Position numbers and translations under genes: made by a program. Below, in pieces: positions 29,972 through 39,997 of a stretch of 64,000 nt of DNA. Each line of letters opens with the position of its first letter. Within the stretch, counting starts at the first letter, position 1. The DNA comes from Bdellovibrionales bacterium (GTDB taxonomy: Bacteria; Bdellovibrionota; Bdellovibrionia; Bdellovibrionales; UBA1609): the NCBI GenBank assembly GCA_965203095.1, contig OZ241877.1, positions 1,472,001 through 1,536,000 of the forward strand, written 5' to 3'. A model generated the notes under the pieces. That model ran no database searches, was not told where the DNA came from, and worked only from the letters and a program-made list of their open reading frames with translations.

Positions 29972-31291
29972 TTATCGGGGATGGTTTTTTATATAGCCTG
30001 AAATATCTACCCCTTCTTTTTTAGATAGATAAAGTGCCGCTATGGAATCTCCCGTCACATTAACCACTGTTCGCCCCATATCTAAAAGGCGGTCCACACC
30101 CAAAATAAGGGCAATGCCCTCTGCCGGAAGGCCCAATATTACAATAGAGGACATTAAAACAGGGATAGATCCTCCGGGCACCCCAGCGATGCCTACAGAG
30201 GTAATAAACACAATAGCCACAAGCAAAATTAGTTGTGTGACGGAAAGGGGAACTCCCCATATTTGTGCTATAAACAAGGCGGCGGCCACTTCAAAAAGGG
30301 CTGTCCCGTCCATATTGACCACAGTGCCAATAGGTATGGAAAAGCTCACAACCTTTCGTGGGGCACCAAAGTTTTGCTCTAAAGTTCTCATCGTCACGGG
30401 CATTGTGGCACTACTGGAGCTTGTTCCAAAAGCTGTTGTGAAAACAGCCCCCAGTCTTAAGAAAAATTCTTTAATGGGAATTTTAACAAGAAATTTCAAA
30501 AACAGGCTGTAAGTTCCAAAAAGATGGCAGGCCATGGCCACAGTGATGGCCAACACATATTTTCCCAGACTATATATTAGATCTAAACCCATTTCAGAAA
30601 AGGCAATGGCGATAAGGGCCGCTACGGCAAAAGGGGCGGTTTTCATAATCCATTTGATAATGAGAATAGACATGCCGGACAGGGCCGACATAAAATGGGT
30701 GAAAGATTCTTTTGGAGGGCCATTCGGCAGGCAGAGCAGGCTGAAACCAAACAAAAGGGAGACAAAAATTACAGCCAGCATATTGTTTTCGCCAAACTGA
30801 TTGATAATGTTTCGAGGGACAATTTTAGTTAAAATCCCCGGCCAAAGTGAAGAGCCTACCATGGAGCTTTTCTCCTTTATAGAGGACATCTTTTCCTGCA
30901 TACTGATAGCCGCCTGATCGGCTTTGGTTTTAGGGATGCTATTGCCGGGGCGAATAGTGGACATAAAAATCTGCCCAATAAAAATAGCAATCAAAGTGCT
31001 AAAAGCGTAAAATAAAAACAACCTCTTGCTCAGCCTCCCGACACTGGCGGGATTACTCATATCGGCCACCCCCACTATTAAAGAGCTGAAAACTAAGGGC
31101 ACAATGATCATAAACAGGGATTGCAAAAAGAGATTTCCAAAAGGGAAAAAGAGATTATCTGTGATCTGTTCCACAATGGGGCTGTATTGGGGGTAGGCTT
31201 TCAGGTAATTGAAGGCCAAACCTATCAAAACACCTACAAAAAAACCAATAAAAATACCCCAGCTATTGATAGTTTTTGAGGATTTTGTCAT
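29972..31291 (-). CDS. dicarboxylate/amino acid:cation symporter (GltP-like)
   Basis: AFGTSSSSATMP, NMDGTALF, GVDRLLDMGRTVVNVTGD. Confidence 0.95.
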   Translation of the reverse strand: MTKSSKTINSWGIFIGFFVGVLIGLAFNYLKAYPQYSPIVEQITDNLFFPFGNLFLQSLFMIIVPLVFSSLIVGVADMSNPASVGRLSKRLFLFYAFSTLIAIFIGQIFMSTIRPGNSIPKTKADQAAISMQEKMSSIKEKSSMVGSSLWPGILTKIVPRNIINQFGENNMLAVIFVSLLFGFSLLCLPNGPPKESFTHFMSALSGMSILIIKWIMKTAPFAVAALIAIAFSEMGLDLIYSLGKYVLAITVAMACHLFGTYSLFLKFLVKIPIKEFFLRLGAVFTTAFGTSSSSATMPVTMRTLEQNFGAPRKVVSFSIPIGTVVNMDGTALFEVAAALFIAQIWGVPLSVTQLILLVAIVFITSVGIAGVPGGSIPVLMSSIVILGLPAEGIALILGVDRLLDMGRTVVNVTGDSIAALYLSKKEGVDISGYIKNHPR

Positions 31292-31516
31292 AACCAGCCT
31301 CCTTATATTTGCTCAATGTAGGTATTCTGCCCTCAGTAGGCAAGTAAAAAGTGGAGACAAGGGATTATGTAAATTAAAAAACAGCCGATAAGCCAGTTTT
31401 TTTGTGAGATAGTGCCCATTTTTAGCGATTTTTAAAGCTTCTGAACAGGCTCAAAGCCTTATTTTTAAAGCTTTTTTAAGCTTTATCCTCTTTTTTATGA
31501 AATTTTTGGCATAAAT

Positions 31517-31546
31517 TTGACAAATTGGCTTTAAGTCCTGTATATT
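31517..31546 (+). promoter_or_regulatory. sigma-70-like promoter
   Basis: TTGACA-N18-TATATT upstream of the 31599 gene. Confidence 0.5.
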
Positions 31547-31598
31547 TTCTCTGTTTTTTTATTTAATAGGCTTTTAGCCTCAAAAACAAGGAGTAAAA

Positions 31599-32063
31599 AT
31601 GAGCGATCCTTTAATTGAAAAACCTTCATCAGGACCTATCTCATCTATTTTGCCTCCAGCGGGGAAGTATGAGTCTGTGATGGAAGAAGAGGACATGATT
31701 CATCTCAACAATATGAAAAACATATTGGATGTGGAGGAGACTCAGCACCCAGAGTTTTCTCTGGCTAAAAACAAAGCTCGGTTTAAAAAAAAGTTGGGTT
31801 GGTATAAGAGCAAAAAAGATTGGTTAGATATTGCCCCTGTTCAAAAAATCAACAAGCTTTTCAAGCAACAGACTCGTGAATTGGAAGCGATACGATCCAA
31901 CAAAATGGATTATGAAATGGAGTTGGAAACGGCCTCTTTAACCCCCAGCCAGAGATCTTATAGAAAAGACGAGCTAAAAATGTGCCGGGCCCATGAAAAG
32001 ATGGCTATTCAGCTCATCAGTAAAATGAAACTTAAGTTTAAATCTCAATCTCATTTGAGCTGA
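31599..32063 (+). CDS. hypothetical protein
   Basis: AAGGAG RBS, 154-aa charged helical ORF. Confidence 0.75.
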   Translation: MSDPLIEKPSSGPISSILPPAGKYESVMEEEDMIHLNNMKNILDVEETQHPEFSLAKNKARFKKKLGWYKSKKDWLDIAPVQKINKLFKQQTRELEAIRSNKMDYEMELETASLTPSQRSYRKDELKMCRAHEKMAIQLISKMKLKFKSQSHLS

Positions 32064-32143
32064 AGTCTTTTTCATAAAACTTACTGTTCTCACAAAGCTC
32101 AAAGTCATTTTTCTATTCAGCTTGGCTATCGCGAACACATACA

Positions 32144-32247
32144 ATTCCTTTGAGAGCGGGAATCCAGAAAAGCTTGTCCTTCTGCAAAGCTTATTAAAAA
32201 GCTTGCCCAAAAGCCTTTACAAGTTGTTCCCGTGACAGCGGGAATCC
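32144..32247 (+). repeat. two REP-like palindromes (family B)
   Basis: ATTCCTTTGAGAGCGGGAATCCAG and GTTCCCGTGACAGCGGGAATCC. Confidence 0.7.
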
Positions 32248-32372
32248 TAAAAATCCTTGTTTTTTAAAAAAAATCAGTTTTTTTAGCTTTAAAGCTCAAT
32301 TTCCTCAAAAAAATTCCGATAATAAGGACAGGTAAAAGAATATAAATGGATTTTCTATAAGGAGTTTAATCT

Positions 32373-32813
32373 ATGTCTAAATTTAAAAACAATGCCAATT
32401 TCAATGGGCGGACAGAAAAAGCCAAAATCATTTTTGTAGGCAGAAACAAGTTTCAAATGAAAAAGGCTCAAAGGTTGGCCAGAGAGAACCAGTGTGATTT
32501 TTTGGTTTATTCTGAGGAAGAGTGGGCCACCTTAGAGGAAATTGACCAATACATTCAAGAAGAAGAACTTTCAGAAAGGCTCATTAAACTGCCTATGGGT
32601 AGAAAAACAGGTTTAGCTTTAGATGAGATAGAAGAGGAGACCATCAAAAGAGCAGTTAAAAACTCTAATGGGAATATTTTGCAAGCCGCTAATGCCCTCA
32701 AAATAGCCAGAGCCACACTTTACAGGAAGATGGAGCGATACGGCTTGAGTTTAAAAAAGCAAAGGGAAGAACAAATTAAAAAACAAAAAAAGATTCTTAA
32801 AAGAGTAGCTTAA
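32373..32813 (+). CDS. Fis-type HTH protein without AAA+ domain
   Basis: LDEIEEETIKRAVKNSNGNILQAANALKIARATLYRKMERYG; upstream TCAA-N16-CCGATA. Confidence 0.85.
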   Translation: MSKFKNNANFNGRTEKAKIIFVGRNKFQMKKAQRLARENQCDFLVYSEEEWATLEEIDQYIQEEELSERLIKLPMGRKTGLALDEIEEETIKRAVKNSNGNILQAANALKIARATLYRKMERYGLSLKKQREEQIKKQKKILKRVA

Positions 32814-32823
32814 AACTTTTTAT

Positions 32824-34095
32824 TCATGAGGAGGTGGCTTTCTTCTCCTCTTTTTTTTGTTTGGCCTCTTCATAGCATTGCCGTATGCCTTTTTGAAACT
32901 TCAAAACCAAATCTGGCTTTTGTCTACTTCTTAAAGTCCTACCGGCCAGCCGGAATTCCTTTAAAAACCTCCCCTCACTCAGTTGGCAGGCTTTTAAAAA
33001 CCGATTGTATGATTTTTCTTCCTGTTTGTTGTCAAAAAAGAAGTGAGCCATAAGTTGATTGAGTTTTATATTGTCTGGCTGAATGGATAGGGCGGAGTCA
33101 AAAAGAGTAGCCGCTATTTTGCTGTCCTTTTTCATAAAATGAAGGGCGGTTTTGTATTGGATAAAAAAAGATTCTTTAAATTTTTTAGCTATTTTCAATA
33201 ACCATTTGTCAGTATCTTTAGGATGAATTAAAGCCAGAATATAATGGCTTAAAGGGTCTTTTGGATTGTTTTTGACTGCTCGAACACAGGCCCTCCGGCT
33301 CTGTTTTAAAAAGTTGTTGTCGTAGTAGGCTTTGCACAGATGAATGTAATACTCCTTCTTTTTCAAAATTTTCATCATATCTCTAACTACAGATAAAGAC
33401 TCCTTTGTGTGTATATCTTCATCAGTTTTAGGGTCTTTAATCATAAGCTGGTTCATCAAAGCCTCATAAGCCAGAGTGTATTTGGGATTTTTCTTTAAGG
33501 CTTTGTTGAGGCTTTCAATAGCCTGTTTTTTGAACATTTCTTTTTTAAAGGGAAGATGGCGACAAAGTTTTTTCCATTTTTCCTTAGCTTTTTTTTTGCA
33601 TTTTTTCTCTTTTTTGCTTTCCTTTTCGTTTAAATAAAGACTGTGATAACTTAAAGCCAAGAGATAAAAAGATTCAGGATTATTAGGATGATTGGCAGAA
33701 AGGATCTTTAAAACATTGATTTGGTTTTGGAGGTCGTTTTTCTCACCATAGACTTTAGATAAAAGCTTTAAAGTGTCAAAATTGGCCTCATTATAAAGGG
33801 AATTTTCTAAAAACTTTACCGCTTTGGCATATTCTTCAGATTCTAAAGGTTCTGTTTCTAAAATTTCCAAAAAATCTTCAAAAACATCCTTAATTTTCTT
33901 TTGAATAGTGCTTAATTTTTCTGGTTTTGTGGGTTTTATGGAATCAGGAGAGGATTTTGAGGGCTTTTTTAGAAGATCTGAGGGGGATTCATCTTTCAGC
34001 CCTTGTGAGGGGGCTATGCTGGCCTTTTCCTCTTGTTTGGCCTCAGAAAAAGCGGACGAGGAGGGGAAACATAAAAGAAATAAAAGGATTTTCAT
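32824..34095 (-). CDS. exported TPR-like protein
   Basis: Signal peptide; helical repeats ending NP/HP/QP. Confidence 0.8.
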   Translation of the reverse strand: MKILLFLLCFPSSSAFSEAKQEEKASIAPSQGLKDESPSDLLKKPSKSSPDSIKPTKPEKLSTIQKKIKDVFEDFLEILETEPLESEEYAKAVKFLENSLYNEANFDTLKLLSKVYGEKNDLQNQINVLKILSANHPNNPESFYLLALSYHSLYLNEKESKKEKKCKKKAKEKWKKLCRHLPFKKEMFKKQAIESLNKALKKNPKYTLAYEALMNQLMIKDPKTDEDIHTKESLSVVRDMMKILKKKEYYIHLCKAYYDNNFLKQSRRACVRAVKNNPKDPLSHYILALIHPKDTDKWLLKIAKKFKESFFIQYKTALHFMKKDSKIAATLFDSALSIQPDNIKLNQLMAHFFFDNKQEEKSYNRFLKACQLSEGRFLKEFRLAGRTLRSRQKPDLVLKFQKGIRQCYEEAKQKKEEKKATSS

Positions 34096-34327
34096 ACAGC
34101 TCGTCCCTCATTTTAGGATTTTTTTATAAAAAAGCAAAAAAAAATTTTAGTTTTGGGCTAAAAAAGCCGATTTTTATATATAAGCCAAGACATTGTGGAA
34201 GGCTTGCCATTTTTGCCGGTTTTTTTGGCTTTTGAAGGGCTATAAAACACCAGCAGGAGGGGCTTAAAGGACAGGGCTTTTTTCTAACAGGAGGATAAGG
34301 ATTGTCCTAAATCTCAAGTGAGGGATT

Positions 34328-34852
34328 ATGAGTAAAAAGAACCAGGTGATATCCTTAGTGAATTATCGCAAAAAAAAACAGCTATCTCAAAGGACAAGCA
34401 AAGCCGCTTCAGATAATGAGTTTTTTGTCTTAGACGAAAAACCCTCAGCTCCTACTACCTCCTCTGTCTATTATATGTCCAACTATTTGAAAACAAAAGA
34501 AAAACCTTTTTTAAATAAAGAAAGAGGGAAAATTTTAGATTTTTCAGCTCATAAATCAGAAGGAGCATCTCATCCCTCTCGTTTTAATATGAATGCTGAG
34601 GAGCCTATCTCTTTAAATGATTACCGTAAATCCAAGGAAGAGAAAACAAAACAACAGGTTTCCAGCCGGTCCCAGAGTTGGGCTCAATCCGCTCTGTCTG
34701 TATCGGCTGTGGCTGTTTTAGCTATGTTTTTGGCCTTTGGTGTTCTGTTTCAAAAACAGAAAGAGGGGGGGCTGGATAGGGCTCCCGCGTCCCCAGGTAA
34801 ACCTTTGATGATTCCCGGAGAAAAACCTTCAGAAAAATATAAGGGCTATTAG
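34328..34852 (+). CDS. single-pass membrane protein with repeated VISLxxYRK-like motifs
   Basis: Four motif copies, one TM segment, DRAPAS; 13 nt before the pilin gene. Confidence 0.75.
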   Translation: MSKKNQVISLVNYRKKKQLSQRTSKAASDNEFFVLDEKPSAPTTSSVYYMSNYLKTKEKPFLNKERGKILDFSAHKSEGASHPSRFNMNAEEPISLNDYRKSKEEKTKQQVSSRSQSWAQSALSVSAVAVLAMFLAFGVLFQKQKEGGLDRAPASPGKPLMIPGEKPSEKYKGY

Positions 34853-34865
34853 TTAGAGGTGTTTT

Positions 34866-35522
34866 ATGTTTTTGCACAAAAAAGGTTTTAGTTTGGTTGA
34901 GCTTTTAACTACAGTGTCCGTAGTGGGGACTTTATCTGTTGTGGGGATTAGGTCTCAGCAGGCTCAAGTCCATAAAGCCCGTAGTGTTGAGGCCAAACAC
35001 TCCTTATCTTATGTTTATAATGCGGAAAAGGGCTTTTATGAAACATGGAACACCTATCACGAAAATTTAGTAGCGGTGGGGGCCACCCCTTCCGGAATTT
35101 ATTATTATGATGTGGGTTTTGGAAATATTGCCTCAACAATTATAAAAAAAGATGAAGGGAATCTAAAGCAAAACCCTTTAGCCGATAGTTTAAATGTTGT
35201 TGAATGCACCAATTTTGATCGTATTTGCAAGGGCACAGCTACAGGTTCTTGTGCCGCGGCGATTCGAGCTGTTACGACAATCACCACAACATATTCTTCT
35301 TATTTTAGTGGTGTAAATTGCGAAATTAAAGGGGGACTTACTTCTGTAGCGGCGGCGACTGATATAGGCACAGTCATCACAGGCTCTACTGAGGGTGTCG
35401 ATAAATTAGGAGCTAAAGATAATAAATTTTTAGCCGTGGCCACTGCTAAGCTAAAAAGTAATGATGTTTGGACTATCAATAATGAGCAAAAAATCAAACA
35501 TGTAGTGGACGGCACAGAGTAA
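34866..35522 (+). CDS. type IV pilin
   Basis: Class III signal KKG|FSLVELL, hydrophobic helix, KAR..EAK..L, four Cys, C-terminal D.WTIN. Confidence 0.88.
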   Translation: MFLHKKGFSLVELLTTVSVVGTLSVVGIRSQQAQVHKARSVEAKHSLSYVYNAEKGFYETWNTYHENLVAVGATPSGIYYYDVGFGNIASTIIKKDEGNLKQNPLADSLNVVECTNFDRICKGTATGSCAAAIRAVTTITTTYSSYFSGVNCEIKGGLTSVAAATDIGTVITGSTEGVDKLGAKDNKFLAVATAKLKSNDVWTINNEQKIKHVVDGTE

Positions 35523-35625
35523 GCCTCTTTTCTCTTGCTTTTCTTACAAACAAAATCAAAACTTATCTAATAACTACTCTATTTTTGACTTTTCTTCATC
35601 CACACAGAATTTGCTAAAAAACCTA

Positions 35626-37889
35626 TTATCTCTGTCCAGTGGAAGAGTTATCGGGTTCAAGCTCTTCTCCCTCTAAAGTGTTTTCCGGTAAAATCTCTAT
35701 CGGTTTCTTATGGACTTTAAGAGTGCATTTGTTTTTACGACACTTGCTGGAATAAGTGAAAGAAGTATTATTTTTCGTCTTTGTAATTCTCTTTTTACCA
35801 GGACCACAACCACACTTTAGACGATCTCCACACATATTCCTCGTGCATTCTGTGGCATAATACATGTTTTTCGATTCCTGAGATATCGCTATAAACTGGT
35901 CCGGATTCTGACAATCAGAAACCAAAACACAATCCGCATCTCTTTTACAAAACTTGTCCCATTTATTACCTTTCCCCTCTAAAAGAGCTTTATAAGTCTT
36001 CTCCACTGCTTGACTGGCTGATAAAAAACCGTTGGATTTATAAATACAAGCCAAGTAAGCCCACAAATCCTTATCATTGGCTTGCAAAAGGGCCGATTGC
36101 CTCAATTTTTTAAAGACTGAAGCTTTATCTTGACAGGTGTTTTGATTAATTTCATCACAAGAAAAAAATCTACACTCCGGAAAAGCACTTTCTATCTCTT
36201 CTTCTAACCCAGGCTCTTTAGGAAAATCGTAAGTTTTAGGATCTTTAATCCTTTGCTTAAAACAAGAAAGATTTTTCCCACAAAGTTTTTTTAATTTTTG
36301 CCCCACCATTCCTAATTTGTAGGCATTGAGCATTCCGGCACCGTTTCTTCTGGGGAGATCATTAGAATATTTTGTGGGGACAGCAGTTTTTTCCAAAAGA
36401 AGTTTAGCTTCTTCAGCTTTAGGATGATAGCCGGATAGCCATTCAAAAGCTCCAAGACTTCCCGTCACCAATGGGGCTGAGGCACTGGTGCCACCAAATT
36501 TTATAGGCTGGCCTTTAGAATTGGCAGAGTAGATATTTTCTCCAGCTGGTGCCAGGATAACCAGTTCTTCATCTTCTTGGGAAAAGGAACTTTTGTCCCC
36601 ATTAGGATCCATACTTCCTACAAGAATAGTTCCTAACTCCTTAGAGGCTTGGGCCTCTATGGGCCAGATGGATCTTTCTCCATAATTCCCAGAGGCTAAA
36701 ATGACAATACTATGGGGAGCCAGGCTTTTAAAAACCTCATAATCTGTATCCTTTAAAACATGTTTTGCATTATCTATTTTTTCTCTTATTTTCTGTTTTT
36801 CCTGTTGTGAGAGTTTTCCATCTTCAAAAAAAGGGCAAACCTTTGCAATATAAGACCACCAAAAGTTTGTTTTGCAATCCTTCGTGCTTTTTGGAGGATT
36901 TTTTAAAAGCCTTTCTAAAGACTGTATTATTTGCTGGTTGTGTTTTCGCCAACTTGGTTTTGGTCCTGTCATTATCCGAGAGTAATTGATAAATGAGGGA
37001 AAAATACTGTTGCAGTCAAGATTTTGGCATTCCTTACTTAAGGGGAAGTTTTTGCATTTACGGGCAAAGGATTCGCAAGCTCTTTTTGCCAAAAGCCATT
37101 CATTTCTTTGTGATCGGATATTGTCTACATGATAAAAATTTACCCCTATAGGTGGGAGAACCGCTTGCTGGCCGGGGGCACTTATCAGATTTGTAGTGCA
37201 CATGCCATGGCTATCAAAACAATTCCCCATATCATCATAGCCTCTATCAAAAGCTGTCACTAAATTTTGATTTTTTTTTTATTAGGCAAGATCTCTTTTA
37301 GCAGATCGACGCCAATCATATCCTGTGCCCAATATTGCCCAGGAAGACCATAAAATTTTGGAACTATTTTACATTGGTTCGACTTTTGGCTGAATTGTGG
37401 CCTTCGAGGAGGAGGTAGTAAAGGAATATTTTCAGCCCACAGTAAAGGCTTTTGAGCTTGATAGGAGGAAGAGACCATTTCCCTTCCTTTAGGACGAGAA
37501 GGGTTATTCATAACACAATGTTTTACAGAGGGAAACTGAGACCGAGGAAAATCAATGCAAATTAACATAGCAGTCATTGGATCTGTTGTCTTACGGCCTT
37601 CCCACCTAAAAGACCAAATTTGAGCTAAATAGAACTCTCTTGCCTTTATTAAAGATTTTTCTTTCATATACCGGATAATTCTTTCTTTCTCTTCCGGTTT
37701 TGGCCATTTATGAAATTCAAGGCTCACTCCCGAAGTTCGAAATTCGAGATGGTTTAAAACACTCTCCTTTTTATGGGGTGGAAGGGGTGGAATTTTTGAG
37801 GACCGCATAGACTTTGGATCTCTGGATTTGGCCTCTATAAAAGGGGCTGGAATTAAAATTAAGATAAAAAAAGCAATCCTAAAACTCAT
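35626..37889 (-). pseudogene. S8 subtilase split by a frameshift in an A10 tract (ORFs 37260-37889 and 35626-37260)
   Basis: Upstream ORF has the signal peptide and ends YWAQDMIGVDLLKE; downstream ORF carries triad motifs TAFD, SHG, FGGTSASAP; adding one A at 37271-37280 fuses them. Confidence 0.8.
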
Positions 37890-37952
37890 CCTTAACTCCT
37901 AATTTTATGTAATTTTTAGATTAAAAAATCATTATGAACAGATTTTTTCAAT

Positions 37953-38070
37953 ATGTCAAGATTTTATTAACAACTCGTGAGCTTGTGAAAAACCTTTTGT
38001 TTTTTATCGCAATGTCAAGATTTTATTAACAACTCGTGAGCTTGTGAAAAACCTTTTGTTTTTTATCGCA
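37953..38070. repeat. perfect 59-bp tandem duplication
   Basis: ATGTCAAGATTTTATTAACAACTCGTGAGCTTGTGAAAAACCTTTTGTTTTTTATCGCA at 37953 and 38012. Confidence 0.95.
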
Positions 38071-38195
38071 TAAGCAAAAGCCACAGCATGAGGGGCTAAG
38101 GTATTGTTCCCGTGAACAAGCTTTTCTGGATTCCCGTTTTCACGGGAGTTAAAAAGCCCAGTGGGCTTTTTAACAAGCTTTTTCACGGAGGAATA
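38036..38195. mobile_element. composite MITE-like element (family A with nested family B module)
   Basis: GTGAAAAA...ATCGCATAAGCAAAA...TGAGGGGCTAAGGTATTGTTCCCGTGAACAAGCT, then CTGGATTCCCGTTTTCACGGGAG, hairpin TTAAAAAGCCC/GGGCTTTTTAA, end TTTTTCACGGAGGAATA. Confidence 0.7.
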
Positions 38196-38256
38196 AGTAG
38201 AGTTTTTTTCTTCCCTTGCAAAAGCGGACCGCAGTTGTTAAAGAAAGCCCTAAGTT

Positions 38257-39984
38257 ATGATTCAAAAACTCATTTACAGTTTTTTATTTTTTGTTTTGCT
38301 ATCCTGCCAAAGCCCGCCTGCTCATAAGGAGCTCTCCGAGGCCCAAAGGCTTTGGTCGGTTCTCCCCCTGCAAGACAGCGGGCGAGTTAAGCCTTTTGAC
38401 AGCTTGGCTCGTGAAGTCTTGAGAGAGATTTATGGTAAAGAGAGCTACAAAGGGCGATCGGCTGTAGAGATCATTTTGTCTTGGCTTTTGGCCCCCGATC
38501 TTTGGGAAGAAACAGAGCTGATAAAAGTGGAGACAGCTATAAAAAAATCTCTCAAACTCCCTTTAAAACCTCAACATTTCCCACCCGCAATATTAAAAAG
38601 CCACCCCCGGTTGGCCCTTCAACTCACTGAATTAAAAAACTTAAGGCAAAGGGAAGAGCCTTTAGAGCCTTATTTTCAAAAATTGGAAAAGTTAGAGAGA
38701 AGGCTTATTCTTTATTCTGCCATTTTGTCCGGTGCTCTCATCCGTTTACAGGCTGAAAAAGAGGCCTGGCGAAGTCTTCCGGAAATGAGCCCCCCGGTGG
38801 AAGAGCAATTTAAAAAACTGCTTTCTGCCTACAGCCGGCTGGTTGTTCAAGCGGTTTCACATACTCTTTCAGATAAAAACTGGCCAAAACAAAAAATTCC
38901 CGAAGAACCGTCGGTTTCACTAATAGCCGGAGGAAAAAAGCCTTCCCCTCTTTTGTTGTCCTTTAAAAAAGAGATGGAGCATTTTCAAAAAATAAGCCTT
39001 AAGGGGCAAAGCTTTTCCCATAAAATTTCAGCAGAGTTATTTTATAATCGCTTTGATCCTTTTAAAAAGGCTTGGATATTTTATCTTCTTTTTTTGCTGA
39101 CTTTACCAGTGCTTTTGATTTTCCAGCGGATGGATCTTTTTAAATGGACTCTCCCTTTAACAGCTATAGGCTTTGCCTCTCACAGTGGGGGCCTGATCCT
39201 TCGCTCTTATATTATGTCTCGCCCTCCCGTTTCCAATATGTATGAGACGGTGGTTTGGGTGCCTTGGGTGGCTTTTCTTGCCGGTGCTCTGTTTTATTTA
39301 AGAGGGGCAAGACTTCCTTTTATTGCTGGATCTTTTCTGGCCTTTTTTTGCCTTTTCCTCACTCATCTGTCTCCAGAAATTTTAGATGAAAGCCTGCAAC
39401 CCTTAGAGGCTGTTTTGCGATCTTCTTTTTGGTTGGCGACTCATGTTTTAGTAATTACTATGAGCTATTCCTTCTTTTTTCTGGCTTTTGTTTTAGGGGA
39501 TATGGTTTTAATATCTTCCCTTTTTAAAAATCAGCCCGATTGGTCTCAAAAAATATTTCCCTCCATTTATCGCTCTATCCAGTGGGGGGTGGTTTTTTTA
39601 GCTGGTGGGACTGTTCTGGGAGGGATATGGGCGGATTACTCCTGGGGGCGTTTTTGGGGCTGGGATCCTAAAGAATCTTGGGCTTTGGTCAGCCTTTTAT
39701 CTTATTTGAGCCTACTCCATGGGAGGTTGGTGGCTTGGATAGGCCCTTTTGGTATGGCTGTGGGTGCGGTAATGATGTTTTTTACAGTGATTATGGCTTG
39801 GTATGGGGTGAACTTTGTTTTAGGGGCAGGTTTGCACTCTTACGGCTTTGGTTCTGGAGGGCTGGAATGGGTTGCGGGTTTTCTTGTTTTGCACTTGCTT
39901 TTATGCGGAACGGCTGTTTTAAAAAAATCCGGGATAGGGAGTTTTATGCAAAGCTTCAAGTCTTTTAAAAAGAATTTTTTATGA
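38257..39984 (+). CDS. ccsA: system II cytochrome c biogenesis protein CcsA with N-terminal periplasmic extension
   Basis: GRVKPFDS, RPPVSNMYE, LRSSFWLATHV, WWD domain WADYSWGRFWGWDPKE, GLHSY. Confidence 0.92.
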   Translation: MIQKLIYSFLFFVLLSCQSPPAHKELSEAQRLWSVLPLQDSGRVKPFDSLAREVLREIYGKESYKGRSAVEIILSWLLAPDLWEETELIKVETAIKKSLKLPLKPQHFPPAILKSHPRLALQLTELKNLRQREEPLEPYFQKLEKLERRLILYSAILSGALIRLQAEKEAWRSLPEMSPPVEEQFKKLLSAYSRLVVQAVSHTLSDKNWPKQKIPEEPSVSLIAGGKKPSPLLLSFKKEMEHFQKISLKGQSFSHKISAELFYNRFDPFKKAWIFYLLFLLTLPVLLIFQRMDLFKWTLPLTAIGFASHSGGLILRSYIMSRPPVSNMYETVVWVPWVAFLAGALFYLRGARLPFIAGSFLAFFCLFLTHLSPEILDESLQPLEAVLRSSFWLATHVLVITMSYSFFFLAFVLGDMVLISSLFKNQPDWSQKIFPSIYRSIQWGVVFLAGGTVLGGIWADYSWGRFWGWDPKESWALVSLLSYLSLLHGRLVAWIGPFGMAVGAVMMFFTVIMAWYGVNFVLGAGLHSYGFGSGGLEWVAGFLVLHLLLCGTAVLKKSGIGSFMQSFKSFKKNFL

Positions 39985-39997
39985 TACAAGGTTTTTT

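Noticed and set aside
31507..31522. Sigma-54 promoter TGGCATAAATTTGAC
   Set aside because: No GC at the required spacing; TTGACA here fits a sigma-70 -35 box.
38004..38327. ORFs 38004-38186 and 38112-38327
   Set aside because: Translations of the palindromic repeat element.
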